From: Candidatus Heimdallarchaeota archaeon
GTDB taxonomy: Archaea > Asgardarchaeota > Heimdallarchaeia > Heimdallarchaeales > Heimdallarchaeaceae
Assembly (NCBI GenBank): GCA_021399395.1
Contig: JAAFKJ010000061.1
Location: 1-26,072, forward strand
Length of the DNA stretch: 26,072 nucleotides
Direction: 5' to 3'
Below are positions 1 through 7,911 of this stretch, piece by piece (the first letter of the stretch is position 1; each line of letters opens with the position of its first letter). Made by a program: the position numbers and the translations under genes. The notes under the pieces were generated by a model. It was not told the origin of the DNA, ran no database searches, and saw only the letters and a list, made by a program, of their open reading frames with translations.

Positions 1-14
1 CATTTTTCTACGAG

Positions 15-22
15 TTTAAATA
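15..22 (+). promoter_or_regulatory. Putative archaeal TATA box for the structured RNA
   Basis: TTTAAATA at 15-22, about 20-25 nt upstream of the start of the GC-rich island (GGTAGTGC at 41). A second TATATA at 35-40 could serve a minus-strand gene whose ATG would be the CAT at 1-3. Confidence 0.4.
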
Positions 23-40
23 TGAAAGTAAGGATATATA

Positions 41-312
41 GGTAGTGCTAGGTGAATACTCACCTTTCCTATGGTTCGCAGGTGCGTGATCACCTGTCCT
101 TCAGTTAGTAAAATTTGAACCGTTCAGCACGTCGCGCAATGGATGGAATGACGTCGGAGTTCATGCGCACTCCCTTCGTTCCTCCCTCAATCATGGTTCT
201 CATGATTCTTCCCCTCAACGCACGTGAGGGGACCTACTTAAACGACGGTTAAACGCCCTCTGGCAAGTTTGACCAAGTTTCATAACGTGCGTTAGAGTAA
301 GGAGGATAAGGT
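41..312 (+). ncRNA. Putative structured non-coding RNA of unknown family
   Basis: About 49% GC by hand count (133/270 over 41-310) in an AT-rich window, with no ORF in the supplied track. Stems: 51-55/60-64, 71-77/117-123, 79-84/91-96, 129-133/150-154, 156-160/169-173, 189-195/201-207, 210-217/225-232, and long-range 217-225/285-293. G-U wobbles (U72-G122, G78-U97, G134-U149) favour the + strand. Confidence 0.6.
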
Positions 313-317
313 ATGAA

Positions 318-650
318 TTAACTTCCAGATAAGATTTCTGGAGAATAATTTAATACTTGTTCTCTTTGTAAGATTTTTTCTGCATCGAATTGCTCAATGT
401 TCCTAGATAATGTCTTTCTTATGAGTATTTGGTGCTTATCCATTTGAATCTTAGAGCAGAGCAACCCTTTGGTACATGAACCTTTGCCGAAATATACCCC
501 CTTCTTGGTATCATAGAAGAAGGAACCCCCTTTGCTTGGGCAATTACAGATTTCCAAAAATACTGGAGAATCGCTGTAACCGCTGTTATTTTGAATTCTA
601 GCGATAGCTTTCTCGAGTTTGAATGTGAGATAAGTATCTTTTGTTCTCAT
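318..650 (-). CDS. Hypothetical protein with four Cys (CNC...C-x5-C)
   Basis: ORF of ~110 aa filling the gap between the RNA island and the trpF-like gene. ATG at 650 is preferred to the TTG at 662. No family recognised. Confidence 0.45.
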   Translation of the reverse strand: MRTKDTYLTFKLEKAIARIQNNSGYSDSPVFLEICNCPSKGGSFFYDTKKGVYFGKGSCTKGLLCSKIQMDKHQILIRKTLSRNIEQFDAEKILQREQVLNYSPEILSGS

Positions 651-821
651 ATAACTCAACAAAAGTACCCACTTATCTATTAAGTAATATTGTAATATCC
701 AGAAATTATACTTGACTCTTCACAGATACAATCCAGATATCATCCAATTATTCTGTAGACTAGAAATTGGATGGGAAAACATTAAAAATACAAGCATACT
801 TTATCACTTGAGGTTATTAGA

Positions 822-1514
822 TTGTGGATTGCAAAAATCTCAGGCGTAACAAGCTTTGACGCTGCTTTATCTGTAGATGTATCATCTTTTTTTGCTATAG
901 GAGCTATTATAGATAATATAAATGATGTAAGATCTGTTAGTAAATTTGATGCACGTAGAATCTTTGCTAATGTAGAACATTGTATAACAATTGCTGAAAT
1001 AGTACCTGATTCCATTGATGACATATTTGATGCCGAAGATGCATGTAAACCCAATATAATCCAGATAAATGGAACTTTCTTTGATGACATCAATAATCTC
1101 ATATCTGTTCAATCAATTGTTACAATCCCTATTATTGGATCAATCTTTCTTAACAAGGATACTCTGGAATCAAATATTATTGACCCTGATCCCGTTAAAG
1201 CAGCACAGACATTAGAGCAATATGTACAAATTGTCAACATCAATCTCCCTCTCGGTCAAAGCTGGAAACAAGAAAAACAAAGAAACGGTGTAATTGAAAT
1301 TGTCAAAACCATCCAAAACTCCATTCATAAACCGCTGATAATTGGTGGTGGATTGAATTCAAGCAATGTGACTGAAATAGCTTCAGAGTTAGAACCCAAT
1401 GCTATTGATGTTTCATCTGGTGTTGAAAAAATATCTGGGATAAAAAATCCTGAACTAATGCAGGAGTTTCTACAGGTTATTTATGACAATAAAGAGAGTC
1501 TAAAGGGAGTTTAA
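822..1514 (+). CDS. trpF: Phosphoribosylanthranilate isomerase (TrpF)-like TIM barrel, catalytically degenerate
   Basis: N-terminal AKISGVT (cf. VKICGIT), IIQING (cf. VQLHG), and C-terminal IIGGGLNSSNV...AIDVSSGVEK..GIKN (cf. LAGGL.peNV...vDVSSGVE..pG.KD). Confidence 0.75.
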   Translation: MWIAKISGVTSFDAALSVDVSSFFAIGAIIDNINDVRSVSKFDARRIFANVEHCITIAEIVPDSIDDIFDAEDACKPNIIQINGTFFDDINNLISVQSIVTIPIIGSIFLNKDTLESNIIDPDPVKAAQTLEQYVQIVNINLPLGQSWKQEKQRNGVIEIVKTIQNSIHKPLIIGGGLNSSNVTEIASELEPNAIDVSSGVEKISGIKNPELMQEFLQVIYDNKESLKGV

Positions 1515-1521
1515 GAGAAAA

Positions 1522-2232
1522 TTAGAAAAGAGATTTGAAATACAACCAAATAACTTTTTTAGTAATTTTGGATTCACCAGTATTTCTAGTTCCAAAGACA
1601 TAATCTACATAACCCACCTTTAGTTTCTGTGGATAGATCTTTAGGAAGTCAAAGAGAACTTTGTACCCTTCAAGAGTGAATTTCTCTCTATTTTCTTTTA
1701 TAACATCTTTCCAAAGACTAGCTTCCGATCCATATAGCCCTGTCATGATATCTTTCACCTTATTTTTCCTTCTAATTGCTAACGCTAATCTTCCTAAAAG
1801 TACAGCAGTATATGACATCAGTTTTCTATACAAACCCCATTTACCCGCAACTTCTACTCTATTTCCTGCTACAAGGTTGAAACCTTGATTAAGCATTTCA
1901 TGAAAATCTGGAACAACTTCAGGAGGGTGTTGTAAATCTCCATCCATGACCATGAAGTATGGCGTTTGGCATTTACATATTGCATCGATAACACTTGCTG
2001 TTAATCCGTGAATTGCTTCATTTTTTCTATCTAGAAAAAACGTGTTTACGCTACCTTGGTGAGATTCAACAATTTCTTTTGTCTTATCTTTTGATCCATC
2101 ATCGGAGACAATGACATTTACTTTAGGTGAGATTTCTTCCAATAATCCTAAAAGCTGACCAATTGATTTTTCTTCATTTAATGTTGGGATGATGATTGTC
2201 AAATCAGAATAATCTTGAGCTATTGCAGTCAT
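1522..2232 (-). CDS. GT2 glycosyltransferase, dolichol/polyprenol-phosphate mannose synthase (DPM1)-like
   Basis: IIIPTLNE, VSDDGSKDKT, VMDGDLQHPPE, DIMTG and C-terminal FGTRNTGESK motifs. No TM segment. Confidence 0.85.
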   Translation of the reverse strand: MTAIAQDYSDLTIIIPTLNEEKSIGQLLGLLEEISPKVNVIVSDDGSKDKTKEIVESHQGSVNTFFLDRKNEAIHGLTASVIDAICKCQTPYFMVMDGDLQHPPEVVPDFHEMLNQGFNLVAGNRVEVAGKWGLYRKLMSYTAVLLGRLALAIRRKNKVKDIMTGLYGSEASLWKDVIKENREKFTLEGYKVLFDFLKIYPQKLKVGYVDYVFGTRNTGESKITKKVIWLYFKSLF

Positions 2233-2380
2233 GTTCGCAGTTGTGTCTTTTTAACACTTAAAAATATTAAGTTCTCAATATCATATAGAAGAAAACAATA
2301 CTTTTCTTGTCTCTCAATTTAAGTTAAATCTATTACATCTTTGACAAATCATATATATTAGCCGAAATTACGATATACTA

Positions 2381-2920
2381 ATGACCTTAACCCCCAATGT
2401 CACTTATATCATCAAAATCATCAATGCAGGAGATTTTCGTGTAGGAAAAACCAGTCTAGCAATACGATATACTCAGAACCGATTTTCAACTTCTTATCTC
2501 CCAACATTAGGTGTTGATTTTTACAGTAAAATCATTCAATTTGATGAGGATACTACTCTTAGATTAGTTTTATTTGATACAGTGGGTCAAGAGAAACTTG
2601 CTACATTACGTAAGCGATATTATACAGGAGCTCATGGTGCAGTTGTTGTTTTTGATGTAACAAGGAGAGAATCCTTTGATCATATTGAAAATTGGATCAG
2701 TGAAGTCGAAGAAAAATGTCCAGATATTCCAATAATTATTGTTGGTAATAAAACAGATTTGGAAGAAGAACGAGCTGTAACCTGTGAAGAAGCATTAGAA
2801 AAATGGGGCTCCAAAAATTACACATTTCTAGAATCATCAGCAAAATTAGACGAAGGAGTAACCGATATTTATACCATTATTGCAAAACAAGTGATGGAAA
2901 AACAAGAAGCGTCTAATTAG
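2381..2920 (+). CDS. Rab-like small GTPase (Ras superfamily)
   Basis: G1 GDFRVGKTS, G2 YLPTLGVDF, G3 DTVGQE, YYTGA (RabF4-like), G4 GNKTD, G5 ESSAK. No C-terminal Cys prenylation motif. Confidence 0.92.
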   Translation: MTLTPNVTYIIKIINAGDFRVGKTSLAIRYTQNRFSTSYLPTLGVDFYSKIIQFDEDTTLRLVLFDTVGQEKLATLRKRYYTGAHGAVVVFDVTRRESFDHIENWISEVEEKCPDIPIIIVGNKTDLEEERAVTCEEALEKWGSKNYTFLESSAKLDEGVTDIYTIIAKQVMEKQEASN

Positions 2921-3659
2921 CTCGCCAAAGTTCCACAGCAATTATTTTACCATTTTCCAGAAAGAGTCTTGGAGTATAATCATCAGCTACAAAAGATCCA
3001 TCAGGTAACTTCACTTTGGATTCTGTATCTGGATTTTCTAGATTTTCAGGAGCTATATACAATGTGTCATTAATTAGAATATAATCTCTAATACTACTCC
3101 CAATAGGTGGTAAAACTTTTAGTTGTGTGACAATGTGTTCAACATCAACTATTGAAGTTTCGACGGCTTTTGAAGTATATCTTCTTTCAGTAGTTGCTTT
3201 AGGTTTTGTTTCTGTTTTTGGCTTAGGTTTGGGTTTAGGCTTTGTTTCTGTTTTTGGCTTAGGTTTGGGTTTAGGCTTTGGATCAGCTTTAGAAATAGGT
3301 TTAACTGGTTTTGGTTTAACTGTAGAATCAGATTGAATGTTACAAGCTTCGTCTACTGCTTGAAGGAACTCATTATTTGTTTCAGCTTCTTCCAAGTTTA
3401 CAATCTTATAACCTAGTTCCATTCTTAATCTTGCAGTTTCTCGAGCACATGCAAATTTAGAATGTGGGGATGACTGACCTCCAATCCAGATATAGATTTT
3501 CTTCTGCGAGTGAGAAATAACAACTAAAACATTTGTTGACGCAAGTGCAACTTCTTTGTTTTCACACTCAGTCATTTCACCAGTTGATTGAATAATATAA
3601 AGAGTCATATGATTCGAGTAAAAAATATCGTCTACATTTTTATTCGTTTCGTTAGTCAC
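2913..3659 (-). CDS. Gelsolin/villin-like single-domain protein with Pro/Lys-rich linker and unknown C-terminal domain
   Basis: LASTNVLVVISHSQKKIYIWIGGQSS...KFACARETARL...LEEAET resembles the gelsolin repeat (L.s.dvfild....iyvW.G..s...Ek..A). It is followed by KPKPKPKPKTET repeats and ~80 aa of unknown domain. GTG start. Confidence 0.7.
   Translation of the reverse strand: MTNETNKNVDDIFYSNHMTLYIIQSTGEMTECENKEVALASTNVLVVISHSQKKIYIWIGGQSSPHSKFACARETARLRMELGYKIVNLEEAETNNEFLQAVDEACNIQSDSTVKPKPVKPISKADPKPKPKPKPKTETKPKPKPKPKTETKPKATTERRYTSKAVETSIVDVEHIVTQLKVLPPIGSSIRDYILINDTLYIAPENLENPDTESKVKLPDGSFVADDYTPRLFLENGKIIAVELWRAN
3205..3280. repeat. Exact 36-bp tandem duplication (2 copies + 4 nt) encoding KPKPKPKPKTET
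   Basis: tttgtttctgtttttggcttaggtttgggtttaggc at 3205-3240 and 3241-3276. Confidence 0.95.
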
Positions 3660-4013
3660 GCTGATAAAAAAGAGATTATTGATAGAAAATATCTACAATA
3701 TTGAGGGTTTTTAGGTTTAAATATCAAACTCACCAAATTAAATATGCATTGAGGTCTTCTAATAATATAGAAGAAGATGCAACTCATCATATTTAGTGAT
3801 AGTATCAATGTATTTAACTATAATATTCCAATTCCTTCACTAGAGCATGCGAGCAGTAAAAATTTAAGACTTTCTTTTCCAATTTTTCATGTTGCATGAA
3901 CAACAAATTTCAAAAGACGTAACGTGTTATTTACCTTACGAGGAAATGTTAAATAGTCCTTATACAATATAATGTTGTAGAATATAAAATCCACATGTTT
4001 CGAGGATATTATT

Positions 4014-4877
4014 ATGAGCTCAAAAATCATCGAATCAATAGCTTACTCATATATAGGGAGGATAATAGAACCATATCTAGCTGAATTTGACGGGTTAAAA
4101 TTAACCCTCAGAAAGGCAGGAGTTGACAAAAGTGTTAGAATGTATTTAAGCGTCCGACTCTTTTGGGCAGTAATTCTTGCAGTAGTTTCTCTTGTGGTTC
4201 TGATCGCGGTTAAGATTGTTGTACCTGATTTTTCTGTAATTTTGGTGATTATTCTACCGATTTTAGTTTTGGTAAGTATGTTCGTTTTTACCTGGGTGTA
4301 TCCTAGTTATTTAGTTGGTGAAAGAAAAAGAAAACTAGAAGCAGCTTTACCTACAGCATCAAGTTACATGACAGCAATGGCTTCAGCAGGTGTTACACCA
4401 GATAGAATATTTCTCTCACTAACAAAAGAAAAAATCGGTGAGGCTATCGTAAAAGATGCAAGGAAAATATCAAGAGACATTCAAGTCTTTGGTTATGATA
4501 TAGTTCATGCTCTTAGTGAAGCTTCTTTGAGGTCACCTTCGGCAAAGTACTCAAGTTTCTTAGAAGGAATTATTGGTACTTTCACATCTGGTGGAGAACT
4601 ACAAAGATACCTAGAAATTTCATCAGAAACTTTGATGAAAGATCAAGTACAGAATGAAAGAAACTTTATTGAAACATTAGGAATTATGGCAGAATTGTTC
4701 ATGGTCCTTGGTGTAGTATCACCAATCTTTTTCATAGTAATCTTAGCTATGATGTCCATGCTTGGAGGAGATTCAAATAATCCTAATTTGCTCATGGCAG
4801 TTTTGGTATATATTATCATTCCAGTTTCCGAACTTGCGATAATTGTGATGATAGATGCCAGCCAACCGGAGATGTGA
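4014..4877 (+). CDS. Type IV pilus/T2SS-F family inner-membrane platform protein (TadB/TadC/ArlJ-like) 1
   Basis: LRKAG, two TM helices, ERKRKLEAALP...MASAG, G.DIVHAL....RSPS, SGG.L..YL and C-terminal TM helices are typical of the archaeal T2SSF domain. Confidence 0.88.
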   Translation: MSSKIIESIAYSYIGRIIEPYLAEFDGLKLTLRKAGVDKSVRMYLSVRLFWAVILAVVSLVVLIAVKIVVPDFSVILVIILPILVLVSMFVFTWVYPSYLVGERKRKLEAALPTASSYMTAMASAGVTPDRIFLSLTKEKIGEAIVKDARKISRDIQVFGYDIVHALSEASLRSPSAKYSSFLEGIIGTFTSGGELQRYLEISSETLMKDQVQNERNFIETLGIMAELFMVLGVVSPIFFIVILAMMSMLGGDSNNPNLLMAVLVYIIIPVSELAIIVMIDASQPEM

Positions 4878-5830
4878 TAAAAATGGCGATACAAGACGAA
4901 GTAGAAATTGAAGTTAAACGGTTTCAAATAACACAAGACCTTATTTATTGGATTATAGCCGGAGTTGCTGGACTCATTTTAGTAACCTTAGGTATAATTG
5001 ATGTTATAGCTACACAAAAAGATGCAGATGGAAATATAATTAGTGATTTCATAACAATTCTAGACATTAATGATTTCGTAATACTAGCAATAATTGTTGT
5101 CGTTGGTATTCCAACATTTCTGATAATTTATCGGGAAGAAAGAAGACAGGCTAGAATTGATGAGAACTTACCTTACTTATTAAGAGAAATTAGTAGTGCT
5201 CAAAGAACTGGTATGAGTTTACCCCGAGCAATTCAAGAATCGGCAAAGAGACATTATGGGCCATTAACCCCAGAATTAAGAAAAATGTCAAGTAAAATCT
5301 CTTGGGGTATTCCATTTAGTCAAGCTATGGAGGATTTCCAGAAGGCAATAGCTACTCCTCTCGCTCAACGAGCTACTGTGTTGATACTTGAAGCAGAAAG
5401 GTCAGGTGGTAACCTAGAAGAGATTTTTGAAGCTACCGAAAAACATGTTCAAACCTTACTGAATCTCAAAAAAGAGAGAGAAGGTGCAATGAAACCATAT
5501 GTCTGGATAGTATATGCTTCTTATGTAATATTTATCTTAGTTGTTGTAATTCTATTCCAAACATTCTTTATTCCGTTTGGACAAGCAAACATCTCAACAG
5601 ACCAGACAGCGGGAATGTTTCTGCTAAATATCGATCTGGATATTTTAGAGATTCTCTTCTTACATATGTTGGCAATACAAGCATTCTTCTCAGGCTTAGT
5701 TGCTGGAAAAATGTCGAAGATGACAATAAAAGCAGGTTTGATGCATTCAGTTGTGATGATGTTTATCGGGTGGTTTGCTTTCAAGATATTAATACAACCA
5801 GATAATCCATTAATTTCTTTGAACATATAG
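4874..5830 (+). CDS. Type IV pilus/T2SS-F family inner-membrane platform protein 2
   Basis: IDENLPYLLREI...RTGMSL, YGPLTPEL, ISWG, EAERSGG, QAFFSGLVAGKM. The GTG start overlaps the upstream stop (GTGA); an ATG at 4883 is an alternative. Confidence 0.9.
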   Translation: MIKMAIQDEVEIEVKRFQITQDLIYWIIAGVAGLILVTLGIIDVIATQKDADGNIISDFITILDINDFVILAIIVVVGIPTFLIIYREERRQARIDENLPYLLREISSAQRTGMSLPRAIQESAKRHYGPLTPELRKMSSKISWGIPFSQAMEDFQKAIATPLAQRATVLILEAERSGGNLEEIFEATEKHVQTLLNLKKEREGAMKPYVWIVYASYVIFILVVVILFQTFFIPFGQANISTDQTAGMFLLNIDLDILEILFLHMLAIQAFFSGLVAGKMSKMTIKAGLMHSVVMMFIGWFAFKILIQPDNPLISLNI

Positions 5831-5849
5831 AATCAACAATGGTGAGTAA

Positions 5850-6266
5850 ATGGGAAAACTCGAGGATGATGTTAAAACTATAAAAGAACAAGTAGAAGAT
5901 TTACAGAAGATTGTAAACCAAGTAAGTTTCAATCTTGTACGAATCATGGGTACTCTAGAAAAAGGCGTTTCTTCCTCAGGTGAGAACGGTGAATCCGGAG
6001 GATCATTGGGTGGAGTGTCTGTTGATCTTGGCCCAATTGAAGATAAGATTGAGAAACTTGAAGCAACTATGAGTACCAAAGATGATTTCGCTCAGCTGAA
6101 GGTTCTGGTTGAACAATTAGTTTCTGATAGAATTAAGAAAGCAGAAGATTTGCAAGAACGTGCGAATAATCTTCTTGAAAAGGGTATGGAAATGATCGAG
6201 CTGGAAGCAACTCTTGCAGAAATCAAATCCCTTCTTGAAGAGCGTATTTTAGGCGATGATGCTTAA
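5850..6266 (+). CDS. Soluble coiled-coil hypothetical protein in the pilus operon
   Basis: Heptad-like E/K/L-rich helices separated by a Gly/Ser linker (SSSGENGESGGSLGG). GGTGAG RBS upstream. Gaps of 19 and 6 nt to its neighbours. Confidence 0.8.
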   Translation: MGKLEDDVKTIKEQVEDLQKIVNQVSFNLVRIMGTLEKGVSSSGENGESGGSLGGVSVDLGPIEDKIEKLEATMSTKDDFAQLKVLVEQLVSDRIKKAEDLQERANNLLEKGMEMIELEATLAEIKSLLEERILGDDA

Positions 6267-6272
6267 TCAAAG

Positions 6273-7442
6273 GTGAAGATTAAATTGACAAATAATCAGA
6301 AGAAGAAACTAAAAGCTTTCTTTCGGAATACAAAAGCTCAAATCAGAGGAGTTGATTTCGCTCTTGCATTACTTATTTTTGTGATCGCTTTTAGTCAAGT
6401 TATCATTGTCCTTTCAAACCTCCTTATTCCATCATTAGTTCAAATGGAAACCTATTCCCAAGAGCAAGAACTAAACAAACTATATAGCAATATTTTCTTC
6501 TCACAAGGGAGCCCAACAGATTGGGGAACAAGAAGTACAGAAGGATTATTGGACTTCAAATTAGGTTTGATGGGAACAAATTCTGAATTAGATTTTACCA
6601 AGATTAACCGTTTAACATCAGATATCTCTGATTATTGGGCGCTCAATTATTTAGATGTTAAAGTTTCGTATGGTTTAGTGCGGGATTTTGCGGTAAGTAT
6701 CTACTCTCCTATCACTATCGAAATAGAAAGTTTTACAGCTGCCTTTGGAATAATTACTATTGAAGGTGTTGTAAAAGAGCTACTAACTCCTATTGCAAAC
6801 GCAGAAGTCTGGGCATTGTCGATAGATGAGAATAACAATGTAGCAACAAATTACACTACAACTCAAAATATCTCCGGAGATATTAAGTTCCAAGCAGTTA
6901 TCAATGCTGATGATACAAATCATTATACAATAGTTGTATTTGCACAAGTTGGGGAGATATATCAAGATTACACAGTAATTCGTTTAGTAAAGCAAGATCT
7001 GGGGTTGGAATACGAACTAGCTGATTTCAATTTCAGACCATTTGTTTATGAAAATACAGATTTACAAACATCTGCTATAGATTTTAATTATGAAAGAGAA
7101 TCTCTAAGTGATGAAGCAACTGGAATAGTCGTATTTCCATTCTCTGGACTAGGGGTTACACACTATAGCCAATCCTTAGTAGCAACAACTCTGATTAGCG
7201 AACCTATATACCAGGGGACAGAATTACCAATTCCTGCTAATGGACTAGCAGTTCTAGTAATCAATGATAGAGCAGATTCTACTTATACAGCTGGATACAT
7301 GGGAATACCTATGTTTCAAGATGATGAAAATGGTAACATCTTTGCCCATTCTTCATTCGCAGATCAAACAACTTACATTTCAGAAACTAGAACAATGTTA
7401 GTTCGAAATATACTCCTTAAATGTCAAATTTGGTATTGGTGA
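6273..7442 (+). CDS. Large pilin-like protein with class III signal peptide
   Basis: Basic leader ...RNTKA|QIRGVDFALALLIFVIAF followed by an acidic beta-rich ectodomain. Confidence 0.78.
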   Translation: MKIKLTNNQKKKLKAFFRNTKAQIRGVDFALALLIFVIAFSQVIIVLSNLLIPSLVQMETYSQEQELNKLYSNIFFSQGSPTDWGTRSTEGLLDFKLGLMGTNSELDFTKINRLTSDISDYWALNYLDVKVSYGLVRDFAVSIYSPITIEIESFTAAFGIITIEGVVKELLTPIANAEVWALSIDENNNVATNYTTTQNISGDIKFQAVINADDTNHYTIVVFAQVGEIYQDYTVIRLVKQDLGLEYELADFNFRPFVYENTDLQTSAIDFNYERESLSDEATGIVVFPFSGLGVTHYSQSLVATTLISEPIYQGTELPIPANGLAVLVINDRADSTYTAGYMGIPMFQDDENGNIFAHSSFADQTTYISETRTMLVRNILLKCQIWYW

Positions 7443-7446
7443 TAAC

Positions 7447-7911
7447 ATGATAAAACTAAGTAAATCTAAGAAAGGACAGTTGTTCATTATTGAAGCATTC
7501 ATTGCAGTGTCCGTAATGATAATCATGGTTACAGCATTATATGAGGTTCAACTCGCCACTCAACCATCTATTGAACCAGAGTTCCATGAAGAAGTATATA
7601 CAACGTTACAAGCTTTAGATGCCAATGGTTTTTTTGATGATTATATCTACTCTATAAATAACGTTATTCCAGCTGATATAACCTATTATAGGTCTATTAT
7701 AACTCAAGCAATTTACGGAGCTTTACCTGACCACGGAGAATTCAAACTAAACTATGAGGACCTTCAAACAAGTCTAATAGTTGCCGAAAGTCATATCAAT
7801 GAACATCTAACGACTGGGGATTCAGTCGTTAGTATTGATTATCTAATTACAGAAGTTTATGGTGAGTATGCACCCTATACAATTCATTTGCAAGTGTGGT
7901 TAAAAGGATGA
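7447..7911 (+). CDS. Pilin-like protein with class III signal peptide
   Basis: MIKLSKSKKG|QLFIIEAFIAVSVMIIMV. Confidence 0.82.
   Translation: MIKLSKSKKGQLFIIEAFIAVSVMIIMVTALYEVQLATQPSIEPEFHEEVYTTLQALDANGFFDDYIYSINNVIPADITYYRSIITQAIYGALPDHGEFKLNYEDLQTSLIVAESHINEHLTTGDSVVSIDYLITEVYGEYAPYTIHLQVWLKG

Noticed and set aside
73-121. Hammerhead-like core on the minus strand (CUGAAGGA-stem-CGAAC)
   Set aside because: It deviates from CUGANGA/GAAA, stem I cannot form, and wobble pairs favour the + strand.
255-285. SECIS-like AUGA...AAA element on the minus strand downstream of ORF 318-650
   Set aside because: The helix is too short, there is no partner GA for the quartet, and the ORF contains no in-frame UGA.
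41-312. SRP RNA or RNase P RNA (similar size; 5' GGUAGUGCUAGG and GAACC...GCAAUGG...GACGUCGG loosely recall archaeal SRP)
   Set aside because: There is no helix-8 AGG-stem-GNRA-stem-AGCA motif and no long helix 5. No GAGGAAAGUCC/CR-V RNase P signature is present on either strand. Left unassigned pending cmscan.
3205-3280. 36-bp direct repeat as a CRISPR repeat
   Set aside because: The copies are contiguous with no spacer, in frame within a CDS, and no cas genes are present.
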